Position numbers and translations under genes: made by a program. From NCBI GenBank assembly GCA_965262015.1, contig OZ253494.1, positions 1,018,720 to 1,082,719 of the forward strand: a DNA stretch of 64,000 bases, written 5' to 3'. The notes under the pieces were generated by a model that was given only the letters and a program-made list of their open reading frames with translations, was not told the DNA's origin and did no database searches. This document shows positions 20,485-29,346 of the stretch, piece after piece (position 1 is the stretch's first letter; each line of letters starts with the position of its first letter). The stretch is from Leptospiria bacterium (GTDB taxonomy: Bacteria; Spirochaetota; Leptospiria; Turneriellales; CBDBES01).

Positions 20485-23400
20485 TTATTTCCTATGATAT
20501 TCTCGTCTTTCTTTTTCTAAGTCTACTAATTGGCTACCCGTAAAAGGTAGGCTTCCTTTAATATGGTGAAAGATATAGCCCCTTTCTTCCCAAATTGCAT
20601 AATAGGCTGGAACAACAAATAAAGTTACCATGGAAGCAAAAGCAAGCCCCCATCCAATAGCCAATGCCATAGGTTTAAGAAAAGGGTCATCTCCACCAAT
20701 TCCATATGCCGTGGGTAATATTCCAAAAACGGTAGTTAGAGTTGTAAGAATGACAGGCCTTAATCGAAGCAAACAGCCTTGTACAATGGCATCATATTGC
20801 TTATGGCCTTCAGATTTTCTTTGTCTAATAAAGTCTACCATTACAATAGAATCGTTCACTACAACACCCGCTAAAGCGATCATGCCAAACATAGCCAAAA
20901 AGCTAAAAACGAGATTTGGTAGAAAAAACAGTTTGTGCATACCAAATGCGAAAGTAACGCCCGTTAAACTTAACGGCACAGCAATAAGGATTACCCTAAG
21001 ATACCTTAAATTATTATACAAGAGAATAAGAATAATAGCAATACCTAAAAGAGCGATAACAGCTGCTCGTTTTAAACTATCCATGGATTCTTGTGTATCT
21101 TCGTACTCTCCACCCGCTACTACTCGTACACCTGGAAATTTTTTTAGAGTGGGTTGTAATTTATCTAATATAGTTTTATTGACTTGCACAGCAGTTGTCT
21201 GACTTTCATTGATTTGGGCATTAACATATACAACCCTCTCAAAGTTTTTGTGTTGTATCTCGGATAAACTACCTTGTTCCCTAAATTTAACAAATTTATC
21301 AATGGCAACCATATTGCCGTATCGATTGCGTATTTTTACTTTCTTAAGAGAACCAAGTGTATTACGTAATTGTTTTGGGAAAATAACACGTATATCAATA
21401 TCTTCATCAATATTTTTGATTGTGCTTGCAACGGTGCCACTGAAAGCCGTACGCACACTATTTGCAATCTGTGCTACTGTGACGCCCGCAAAAGCAGATT
21501 TTTTTTCATCTATGTCTACATTAAATTCTTTCTTATCAGATTCCCAACTATCTTTGATGCTATATACCCCAGGAACAGAATATAGAACTTGTTTCACTTT
21601 TTGAACAAATGTAAGAGTACTTTCAAAATTACTGCCCTGTATTTCTAATTGTATTGGTGCACCAACAGGAGGTCCTGGTGCCACTAGGCTACTAGCAAGC
21701 CGTATAAACTTTTTTGGTTCTTGTTTCACTATAGCAATTTTATATAAGGGTGATGAGTTGCCCTGTTGTGTTGCCTTATAAATAAAGCCATGCTTAGCAT
21801 AAAAATAAATTTTTCTCTTTGAGGGTACATAAACAGAGCGATATATTCCATTTGAAGTAGGAAACGTAATCACTTCTTTTAAGGTTTTTAAATTAATTAA
21901 AGCAAGGGTATCATGAGTATTTACCCAAATGTGGTGTTTATGAATCGGATCCGTCTTGAGCCAGGAGATAGGGCGATTATAGATATGAGCATGCTGAACT
22001 TGACGGAAAGTTTTAAGGTCAAGCATATGTATATGACCTTGTTCAGAGCCCATTATAATTTGTTGATTAGCTTCATCCAGAGTGATGGCATTAATTTTAC
22101 CCATAGGTACCTGTATATCTGGAATAAATCGCTTTTCTGCCAATTGATAAAGTGGTATACTGTCAATACGTTTACGAAGATTCATCTCATCTTCTTTATA
22201 CTCCCATATATCTAGGTTACTATCTCCATACGAAATGGCACAAATATGATATTTTTCTATACATTTAATAAAATTAATGGTCTTTTTGTATTGATGCACC
22301 GAGTCCTTGTCCATTGTAGTAGGGTCAATCTGGTATACATATCCCAATTGTGAAGTAAAGATGTCAAAAGGAGCGTTAGAGATTGGATAAAATCCATTGA
22401 CAAGATCAAAAACACCTAGATCAATAGTTTTTTGGGCAAGAACTTTATTGCTCTTTATGTCAAGAGATACATAGATGTTATCCATTGTTATAGCATTAAG
22501 CTGTTTACCCTTATTGACAACAATACCCCCTAATAGGGCCTCTATGTTCAATTTATACTGTTTTATCTGGTCGGTACGGGTATTCAACAAATGAAGATAG
22601 TTATCATTACGAATGTGATATAAAGTATCTTGGGCACCCTCCATAACAGCTACATGATGCACTGGTTTTTTAATGTCTAGTTTTCCTTGTAAGTAAGCAT
22701 GAATTTGCCCAGCTGTTCTTCCTCTAGCTGCCTCTGGAGCCAGAAAGATTGAGATTTGTGCATAATTGGATCCTCGTTTCGTAAACGGATCATTTATATC
22801 AGTTTGCTGTATGCCTACCCTGGTAGTATAACTATCAAGTTCACTTTTAGGTAAAGAACCTATAGTTTTTTCCATAGATTTTAGTCTTGAACGTGTCTCT
22901 CCCAAAACAATACCTTTTTCTGTTTCCACAGAAAAGCTTATTATTCTAATCCCTTCTTTGGGGAAGAGAATAAAACCAATCTTGCCAATAAGATATATAC
23001 TAAAGAGAAAGGTTGCAAATGTTATGAACAATGTAGTGTATTTATAAGTGATAGCACGTTCTAAAAGAGGACGGTAAACCTTGAGTAAGACTGCCATCAA
23101 TTTTACCTGTGCTCTGTGTGCCCAATTTTTCCAACTCGCTGGCTCATTTTTACGTGCATCAGTTGTCTCTTTGCTTTCTGCAAGATCAAGCACATGAGCG
23201 GGTAGCACAAAAAAACTTTCTATCAATGAACCAACCAAGGCTATAACAACCACGGCACCCATAATCCATATAAATTTTCCCATTAAACCACTCATGAAAA
23301 TAAGAGGACTGAAGGCAAAACACGTGGTACTAATGGATGCAACAACAGGCTTAACCATTTCTTGGGTGCCGTGAATGGCAGCCTGTGTAATAGGCATCCC

Positions 23401-24645
23401 TTCTTGGATATATCGATATATATTTTCTGAAATAATAATAGCGTCATCTACTACCAAACCGATCGCCATCACAAAACCAAACATAGACAATAAATTGATG
23501 CTTATACCAAAATACTGCATTAAAATTAGGGTAATGGCAAAGGCAAATGGCATACCCATACTCACAGCTATGGAGATACGCCATCCTAAAAAGAAAAATA
23601 GAACTCCAAATACTAGGAACAGACCAATAATAACATTACTGGCTAGCACGTTTAGTCTACGTCTTGTATACATTGACAGGTCATTGTAAGTTGTATAGCT
23701 GATACCTGCCTCTGGGTTTTTCTCTAGTATATTTTTTACATCACGAACTAGATGAAGAACATCGCCTTTGTTCCTTTTCAGGATAGCAGCAATAATAGCA
23801 GGCCGACCATTCGCATTTTCCAACATACTTAAGGCTTCAAATGTATCTTTGACGTTAGCGATATCGATTAACTTAACAGAGGCTCCATAGTCATTTGTGC
23901 GAATAGCAAGATTGCGTATTTCATCTAAATGATTAAACTCTTTATCAATCCTTACGTTATAGTCCCTACCAGAGTGGGATACGGTACCACCAGAGAGATT
24001 AAGATTTCTGTTAGCTAAAGATGAAATAATATCATCATGAGATATATTGTAACGTGCTAACTTGGCAGGGTTAATTTCAATATGGATTTCTCTACTGGGT
24101 TTACCTCTCACATCTACACGACCTATGTCAGGAAGTAACTCAATCTCATCGACTATATTACTTATGTGCTTACGAAATGCAAGCTCAGATATTTTGGGAT
24201 CATCTTTGTAAAAAGCTACTTCAATAATACCCTGAAGATCAGTCTTGATCTCAATGACAGTTGGTTCTTCTGCATCGTCTGGGAAACCTACCTTAGCGAT
24301 GTCAACAGCATCTTTGATTTCTTGCAGGGTCTTACTTTGGTCTGGTATACCCTCTTCTAACTGCATTGTGATCGTAGATCGATTTTCTAGTGATTTAGAA
24401 GTTATACTTTTTACGTATTCAATACCTTTTAGCTGTTTTTCGATTGGTATTGTTAATAATGATTCTACTTCTTGTGCTGCTGCCCCAGGATATATTGTGA
24501 CGATGTTGACAAAGCCCAAATTCACTGGCGTAAAAACTTCACGTCTGGCTTCTATAACAGCAAATAAACCTGCCACAAGCAGTGCGACGGATATTATGTT
24601 TGTGATTAGACTATTTCGTACTAAAAAAGCAATTAACTTATTCAC
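20485..24645 (-). CDS. RND (AcrB/AcrD/AcrF-type) efflux transporter with an oversized second periplasmic loop
   Basis: 12-TM RND layout. Conserved TM4 and TM10 blocks are GLVVDDAIIISENI and AGVVVNDSIVMVDFI. Length is 1386 aa against roughly 1000-1100 aa typical for the family. Confidence 0.85.
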   Translation of the reverse strand: MNKLIAFLVRNSLITNIISVALLVAGLFAVIEARREVFTPVNLGFVNIVTIYPGAAAQEVESLLTIPIEKQLKGIEYVKSITSKSLENRSTITMQLEEGIPDQSKTLQEIKDAVDIAKVGFPDDAEEPTVIEIKTDLQGIIEVAFYKDDPKISELAFRKHISNIVDEIELLPDIGRVDVRGKPSREIHIEINPAKLARYNISHDDIISSLANRNLNLSGGTVSHSGRDYNVRIDKEFNHLDEIRNLAIRTNDYGASVKLIDIANVKDTFEALSMLENANGRPAIIAAILKRNKGDVLHLVRDVKNILEKNPEAGISYTTYNDLSMYTRRRLNVLASNVIIGLFLVFGVLFFFLGWRISIAVSMGMPFAFAITLILMQYFGISINLLSMFGFVMAIGLVVDDAIIISENIYRYIQEGMPITQAAIHGTQEMVKPVVASISTTCFAFSPLIFMSGLMGKFIWIMGAVVVIALVGSLIESFFVLPAHVLDLAESKETTDARKNEPASWKNWAHRAQVKLMAVLLKVYRPLLERAITYKYTTLFITFATFLFSIYLIGKIGFILFPKEGIRIISFSVETEKGIVLGETRSRLKSMEKTIGSLPKSELDSYTTRVGIQQTDINDPFTKRGSNYAQISIFLAPEAARGRTAGQIHAYLQGKLDIKKPVHHVAVMEGAQDTLYHIRNDNYLHLLNTRTDQIKQYKLNIEALLGGIVVNKGKQLNAITMDNIYVSLDIKSNKVLAQKTIDLGVFDLVNGFYPISNAPFDIFTSQLGYVYQIDPTTMDKDSVHQYKKTINFIKCIEKYHICAISYGDSNLDIWEYKEDEMNLRKRIDSIPLYQLAEKRFIPDIQVPMGKINAITLDEANQQIIMGSEQGHIHMLDLKTFRQVQHAHIYNRPISWLKTDPIHKHHIWVNTHDTLALINLKTLKEVITFPTSNGIYRSVYVPSKRKIYFYAKHGFIYKATQQGNSSPLYKIAIVKQEPKKFIRLASSLVAPGPPVGAPIQLEIQGSNFESTLTFVQKVKQVLYSVPGVYSIKDSWESDKKEFNVDIDEKKSAFAGVTVAQIANSVRTAFSGTVASTIKNIDEDIDIRVIFPKQLRNTLGSLKKVKIRNRYGNMVAIDKFVKFREQGSLSEIQHKNFERVVYVNAQINESQTTAVQVNKTILDKLQPTLKKFPGVRVVAGGEYEDTQESMDSLKRAAVIALLGIAIILILLYNNLRYLRVILIAVPLSLTGVTFAFGMHKLFFLPNLVFSFLAMFGMIALAGVVVNDSIVMVDFIRQRKSEGHKQYDAIVQGCLLRLRPVILTTLTTVFGILPTAYGIGGDDPFLKPMALAIGWGLAFASMVTLFVVPAYYAIWEERGYIFHHIKGSLPFTGSQLVDLEKERREYHRK
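21690..22670 (-). other. ~320-aa insertion (aa ~660-985) in RND periplasmic loop 2
   Basis: Extra non-TM, beta-strand-like sequence lies between ...YLQGKLDIKK and the conserved GPPVGAPIQLEIQGSNFE block. Confidence 0.6.
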
Positions 24646-24651
24646 GATATA

Positions 24652-25491
24652 TTATTTTATGGAAGGCAGTAATCCCTGGACCATTTTTCTCAAATTCCTT
24701 CTCAGACGGGTTCTTATGTAAGGTTTGATTAGACAACCTTTTATATGATAGTGATTAATTTTTTGCATAAACGTTAATATGTTTTCGTGTAGAGCGGAAC
24801 CAACAATAAAACCATCAGCTATTTTTAATAGCTGTTCTGTTTTACTCCGTGAGTCTACACCAAACCCCACTAGAACAGGTAGACTGCTGTGGCATTTAAT
24901 GGTTCTGACGATCTTATGGATCTTTACAATGTTATGTTGTGACTGTCCCGTAACACCTTTAGTAGCCACCAAATAAATAAATCCACGTGCATGAGAGGCA
25001 ATTTGTTGTATTCTCTCTTTTGGTGTTGTTAAGGCAATAAATTGTATGATAGGTATATTATCATTATATTTTTTGGCTTCGGCAAATGGCAGATCAGGTA
25101 TGATTACTCCTTTGACTCCCATACTACCTAACTTTGTAAGTAATTTATCCATGCCATACTGCCAGAATACATTAGCATATCCCATGAATAAAATAGCTCT
25201 ATCAGGGAAGGCCTCGTATAGACGTATAACAAAATGGAATATATGCTCCCATTGAAATATGTAGGTAGCTAGGATTTCTTGGAAAACAGTTTGCAAGACT
25301 ACACCATCCGCCACTGGGTCAGTAAATGGTATCCCAATTTCAATGGCATCAGCCCCTTCTTCGAATAGGGTTTTAGCTAGTACCAAGCTAGTATCCCAAT
25401 CAGGGAAAGGGACGGCAAGATAGGGTATAAATAGGTAACCCTTCAGGGAATATCTATATTCTAGGTATTCCTCTAGTGCCAAATCAGACAT
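24652..25491 (-). CDS. trpA: Tryptophan synthase alpha chain (no trpB in window)
   Basis: EIGIPFTDPVADGVVLQ (catalytic Glu/Asp region), KGVIIPDLP and VGFGV...GFIVGSAL. Confidence 0.8.
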   Translation of the reverse strand: MSDLALEEYLEYRYSLKGYLFIPYLAVPFPDWDTSLVLAKTLFEEGADAIEIGIPFTDPVADGVVLQTVFQEILATYIFQWEHIFHFVIRLYEAFPDRAILFMGYANVFWQYGMDKLLTKLGSMGVKGVIIPDLPFAEAKKYNDNIPIIQFIALTTPKERIQQIASHARGFIYLVATKGVTGQSQHNIVKIHKIVRTIKCHSSLPVLVGFGVDSRSKTEQLLKIADGFIVGSALHENILTFMQKINHYHIKGCLIKPYIRTRLRRNLRKMVQGLLPSIK

Positions 25492-25523
25492 ATCGTCATA
25501 GAAAGTTTCATTTAAACAAATAC

Positions 25524-26228
25524 CTATTGATTTAATTTGATAAAGAGTTTCTCTAGATCCGTTTTTTCTTCTTTAATCTCTTGGCATGTTTTTTGCGCTA
25601 TTATCTTGCCCTCTCGAATGAATAGACATTGATCAGCAGTATGTGAAACCTCGCTTAGAATATGAGAAGATAATAAGATAGTATGCTCTTTTTTGAGAGA
25701 TAAAATGAGGTTGCGTACTTCTATAATTTGTATGGGATCTAAATCACTAATGGGCTCGTCTAGAATAAGCACGGGTGGTTGATGTACTATAGCTTGAGCC
25801 AGGCCAAGCCTTTTGTGGTAGCCTGCAGATAATTGACCAATTAGATGATTTTTCTTATCTACTAATTGTGTTTTCTCTATACTATTTTTTATTGCTTCTT
25901 CTTCCCCTTCTATCGTACCTTTGCGAAGTCGGTAAAAAAAACTGAGTAACTTAACTACAGTCATGTTTGGATAAAAAGAACAGCGCTCGGGTAAATATCC
26001 GATTTGTTGTTTAAATTGCATGGGTTGTTCAAAAAGATTGATACTGTTAATGTAGATCTGCCCGCTAGTAGCGGATAAAACCCCAGTCAGCATACGTAAG
26101 GTGGTAGTTTTCCCTGCTCCATTTAAACCCAATAGAGCAGTTACCTCGTTAGGCTGGATACTAAAACTAACACCATCAACAGCTAAAAAGTCCCGGTATT
26201 TTTTTGTTATGTTGTTTGCCTCTACCAC
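25524..26228 (-). CDS. ABC transporter ATP-binding protein (ABC-2 type)
   Basis: Walker A GLNGAGKTT, signature LSAGYHKRL, Walker B LILDEP and H-loop SSHIL. Confidence 0.85.
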   Translation of the reverse strand: MVEANNITKKYRDFLAVDGVSFSIQPNEVTALLGLNGAGKTTTLRMLTGVLSATSGQIYINSINLFEQPMQFKQQIGYLPERCSFYPNMTVVKLLSFFYRLRKGTIEGEEEAIKNSIEKTQLVDKKNHLIGQLSAGYHKRLGLAQAIVHQPPVLILDEPISDLDPIQIIEVRNLILSLKKEHTILLSSHILSEVSHTADQCLFIREGKIIAQKTCQEIKEEKTDLEKLFIKLNQ

Positions 26229-26401
26229 AATGAAGTATCCGTAACTTACGGCTGGACGTTTTATTTAATGATATTTAATGACAAGCTTATTTTTAAAGCA
26301 CCCTTCATTTTTCAAGAGTATTATGTATCTTCTAAATTAAAGTGCAAAATTTATATACAAAAAATTTCAATGTAATGTTAGTTTATATTCTTTCTTTTTC
26401 A

Positions 26402-27608
26402 TTACTCAGCACTACCATACTGGCCAGCAACTTTATCAACTATATCATAAATATCATTGTTAAATAATACATCGTTTTCTGTTTGTAGATCACTTAGTGT
26501 TTTCTTAGTTTTTTCCACAAGTGCATTCTTAATTGCTTGCTTAAAAACTGCGTCAGTTACACCCAATCCTCCATTAGAAAATTTAACTTTTAGGCTTTTG
26601 CTTGTCGTATCGTGAGCGAAGTCTGCAACTCGTTCGGCAACGGGGACAGCTGTTTGATCGAGACTCTTAATACCAACAGATATTGTTGATGAAGATTTAG
26701 TAGGAACTTCATAATCATCACTTGTACTGTTGTCTGGACATCTATGTGGATCTAAATGAAATGTAGTGCTTCGGCTACCTTCTGGAATCTCTACGCTTAT
26801 AAGATGTATTGCCCGCCCAGTTCCGGGAACTGTCCCATCCTCTGGATCTTCTATAGCTCTACCATCTGACTTTATGAACTTAAAGGAATAAAAAGTAGCT
26901 GACCATTTATGATCTACATTGTTAGTCTGCAATTTACAAGAATGCCTTGCTATCGTAGGATTATAGGACATATCATCATATTTGAAGTTAACAAGAGGAG
27001 GACTAACCTTTGGATGCAGATCGTATGCCTTATGTCTACTAAGACCCACGTTTCTCATAGTGCCAGTCGCATAAGTCTTGCTGCCCCTAACACTTCCTAT
27101 GCCACGACCAAAACCACTACCATCAGCGGCAGCCACGTCCCATCCTATCTTAACTGTTAAATCATATTCTGTAGAACCTTTTCTGCATAACGTATACATA
27201 GGTAAATTATCTGTTTTTATTGTATTGGTTATTGTTGCTATTTTGTTGCCTTCGGTCCCCTTCTTGCAATTCTTGTGACCTTTGCTTGAACAATCTAAAC
27301 GCAGGAAGACATCTTCTTCTGGTGGATCAACATCACATGTATGAACATCCTTAATTGGTGGGTCGTTACTATTCGGTGGGTCGTTGGGGTTGGGGCTATT
27401 CGTCGGATCGCTAGCATCCACTGGACTGCTATCTCCTCCTGGACTGCAATACGTAAAAAAACAAATAGTTATTAGCAGGCCATAAAGTAACTGGTAAAAG
27501 TATCTATGTGTTGTGCTGTTGTGCTGTTGTGCTGTTGTGCTGTTGTGCTGTTGTGCTGTTGTGCTGTTGTGCTGTTGTGCTGTTGTGCTGTTGTGCTGTT
27601 GTGCTCAT
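26402..27608 (-). pseudogene. Surface/lipoprotein family A, paralog 2: reversibly frameshifted (phase OFF)
   Basis: The ATG at 27608 reads MSTTAQQHN... and stops at TAG 27506-27504. The body frame (339 codons, 26402-27421) is open upward through the repeat but has no start and is closed by TGA 27607-27605. The ATG-to-CAT(HRYFY, 27508) distance is 100 nt. Confidence 0.8.
27511..27605 (-). repeat. Octanucleotide microsatellite (CAGCACAA) x 11 + 7 nt on the coding strand
   Basis: Perfect TTGTGCTG units counted on the plus strand from 27511. The tract abuts the ATG (27606-27608). Confidence 0.95.
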
Positions 27609-27640
27609 GAGTGAAACGTAGTTTTATATACTTACAAAAG

Positions 27641-27665
27641 CAATACTTTTTTTAAAAAAGTATTG
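27641..27665. promoter_or_regulatory. 25-bp palindrome CAATACTTTTTT-T-AAAAAAGTATTG, 33-57 nt upstream of the family A ATG
   Basis: Perfect 12-nt arms. An identical copy lies at 29025-29049 at the same distance from the paralog's ATG. Confidence 0.4.
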
Positions 27666-27780
27666 AAAATTGTAGAAAGTTAAATTTGTATCAAGAGTAT
27701 TATGTATCTTCTAAATTAAAGTGCAAAATTTATATACAAAAAATTTCAATGTAATGTTAGTTTATATTCTTTCTTTTTCA

Positions 27781-28992
27781 TTACTCAGCACTACCATACT
27801 CTCCAGCAACTTTATCAACTACATCATAAATTTCATTGTTAAATAATACATTCCTTATTTTTTCTAGCTGATTTAGTACACCAGACGCCATCTCCGTACC
27901 ACCCGTCTCCACCACATTACCATTCATATTCAAACTTACTTCACCACTACTCACCGTTACACTACCCACCTCTTTACCATCTGCAAATGTGGTCTCAAGT
28001 GCAGTCTCAATTGCAGTCTTAAACGTTATCCCCCCTATAGAAGTATCCAATTCCTCATTAGAAAATTTAACTTTTAGGCCTTTGCTTGTGTCATCGGAAG
28101 TAAGAGCTACACTCTGTTCGGCGGTATCGAGACTCTTAATACCAACAGATATTTTTGATGAAGATGCAGGAGGAGCGTCATAATCATCACTTGTACTGTC
28201 GTCTGGACATCTATGTGGATCTAAACGAAATGTAGTGCTTTGGCTACCTGCTGGAATCTCTACGGTTATACGATTTATTGCCTCCCCAGTTTGGGGAGGC
28301 AATAAATCTATAGCTCTACCATCTGAATCTAGGAACTTAAAGGAATAAAAAGTAGCTGAAAGATCATCAGACCGCACTATACAAGAATGCCTCTTTGGAG
28401 ATGTATTACCAGAGTTGTAACGAGCATTAAAGTATCGGAAGTTAACAAGAGGGGGACTAACCTTTGGATGCAGATCATACGCAGAAGTCGACCCACTACT
28501 TCCTAAGCCACGACCAAAACCACTACCCTCACTGCCAGTCACGTCCCATTTTAACTCAACTGTTAAATCATATTCTGTAGAACCTTTTCTGCATAACGTA
28601 TACATAGGTAAATTATCTGTTTTTATTGTATTGGTTATTGTTGCTATTTCGTTGCCTTCGGTCCCCTTGCAACCCCTATAACCGCTTGAACAATCTAAAC
28701 GCAGGAAGACATCTTTGTCTGGTGGATCAACATCACATATATGAACATCTTCGTCTGGTGGAGGAGGGCTACTACTTACCGGATCGTTACCAGCCTTGCA
28801 ATATGTAAAAAAACAAATAGTTATTAGCAGGCCATAAAGTAACTGATAAAAGTATCTATGTGTTGTGCTGTTGTGCTGTTGTGCTGTTGTGCTGTTGTGC
28901 TGTTGTGCTGTTGTGCTGTTGTGCTGTTGTGCTGTTGTGCTGTTGTGCTGTTGTGCTGTTGTGCTGTTGTGCTGTTGTGCTGTTGTGCTCAT
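27781..28992 (-). CDS. Surface/lipoprotein family A, paralog 3 (in frame = ON)
   Basis: M(STTAQQHN)5STT-HRYFYQLLYGLLITICFFTYC, then the family blocks LRLDCSS, IATITNTIKTDNLPMYTLCRKGSTEYDLTV, ATFYSFKF, TTFRLDPHRCPD and LKVKF. The C-terminus VLFNNEIYDVVDKVAGEYGSAE is shared with paralog 2. Confidence 0.75.
   Translation of the reverse strand: MSTTAQQHNSTTAQQHNSTTAQQHNSTTAQQHNSTTAQQHNSTTHRYFYQLLYGLLITICFFTYCKAGNDPVSSSPPPPDEDVHICDVDPPDKDVFLRLDCSSGYRGCKGTEGNEIATITNTIKTDNLPMYTLCRKGSTEYDLTVELKWDVTGSEGSGFGRGLGSSGSTSAYDLHPKVSPPLVNFRYFNARYNSGNTSPKRHSCIVRSDDLSATFYSFKFLDSDGRAIDLLPPQTGEAINRITVEIPAGSQSTTFRLDPHRCPDDSTSDDYDAPPASSSKISVGIKSLDTAEQSVALTSDDTSKGLKVKFSNEELDTSIGGITFKTAIETALETTFADGKEVGSVTVSSGEVSLNMNGNVVETGGTEMASGVLNQLEKIRNVLFNNEIYDVVDKVAGEYGSAE
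28863..28989 (-). repeat. Octanucleotide microsatellite (CAGCACAA) x 15 + 7 nt
   Basis: Perfect TTGTGCTG units on the plus strand from 28863, abutting the ATG (28990-28992). The ATG-to-CAT(28860) distance is 132 nt, which is in frame. Confidence 0.95.
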
Positions 28993-29024
28993 GAGTGGAA
29001 CGTAGTTTTATATACTTGCAAAAG

Positions 29025-29049
29025 CAATACTTTTTTTAAAAAAGTATTG
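29025..29049. promoter_or_regulatory. Second copy of the 25-bp palindrome upstream of family A paralog 3
   Basis: CAATAC-T7-A6-GTATTG, identical to 27641-27665. Confidence 0.4.
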
Positions 29050-29346
29050 AAAATTGTAGAAAGTTAAATTTGTATATGGACATATTTAGAATATCACATA
29101 CATATATAGTAGTTAAAAATAAAAAAAGGTATCAAGGGGCTATTATAGAGCTATAAATACCTACTTTGATCTATTCATAAGCATGAAAAAGGCTTTTGGG
29201 GGGTATGAAATATAGATACAATGTATATTTAAGAACGGCTAACTACGTCTATTTCTGTCCAGAACTGATATTAACTCTCTAACCTAATTCAAATCTTTGT
29301 ATAAAAAACGCTTGTCATAGCAATAGCATCATATACCCGGTACCGC

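Larger units (their letters stand above)
26312..29074. repeat. Tandem duplication, 2 units of ~1.38 kb (26312-27690 and 27691-29074)
   Basis: Both units begin TCAAGAGTATTATGTATCTTCTAAATTAAAGTGCAAAATT... and end ...GTATTGAAAATTGTAGAAAGTTAAATTTGTA. The unit ends are near-identical and the centres are diverged. Confidence 0.9.

Noticed and set aside
20630-24721. Plus-strand ORFs lie opposite the RND gene (20630-21202, 21209-21604, 21913-22215, 23375-23689 and 24245-24721).
   Set aside because: They are antisense to a continuous 1386-codon CDS with clear RND motifs and have no independent support.
27511-28989. The highly regular repeat arrays (also 14996-15050, 41201-41291 and 44532-44580) were considered as CRISPR arrays.
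   Set aside because: The units are only 5-8 nt, perfectly contiguous with no spacers, and lie inside coding leaders. No cas genes are in the window.
28858-29067. Plus-strand ORFs made of repeats were considered: CCAVVLL... here, and the Phe/Leu/Ser-rich ORFs at 54165-54683 and 54257-54604.
   Set aside because: They are antisense read-through of tandem repeats. They lie fully inside well-supported minus-strand genes and have no RBS or start context.
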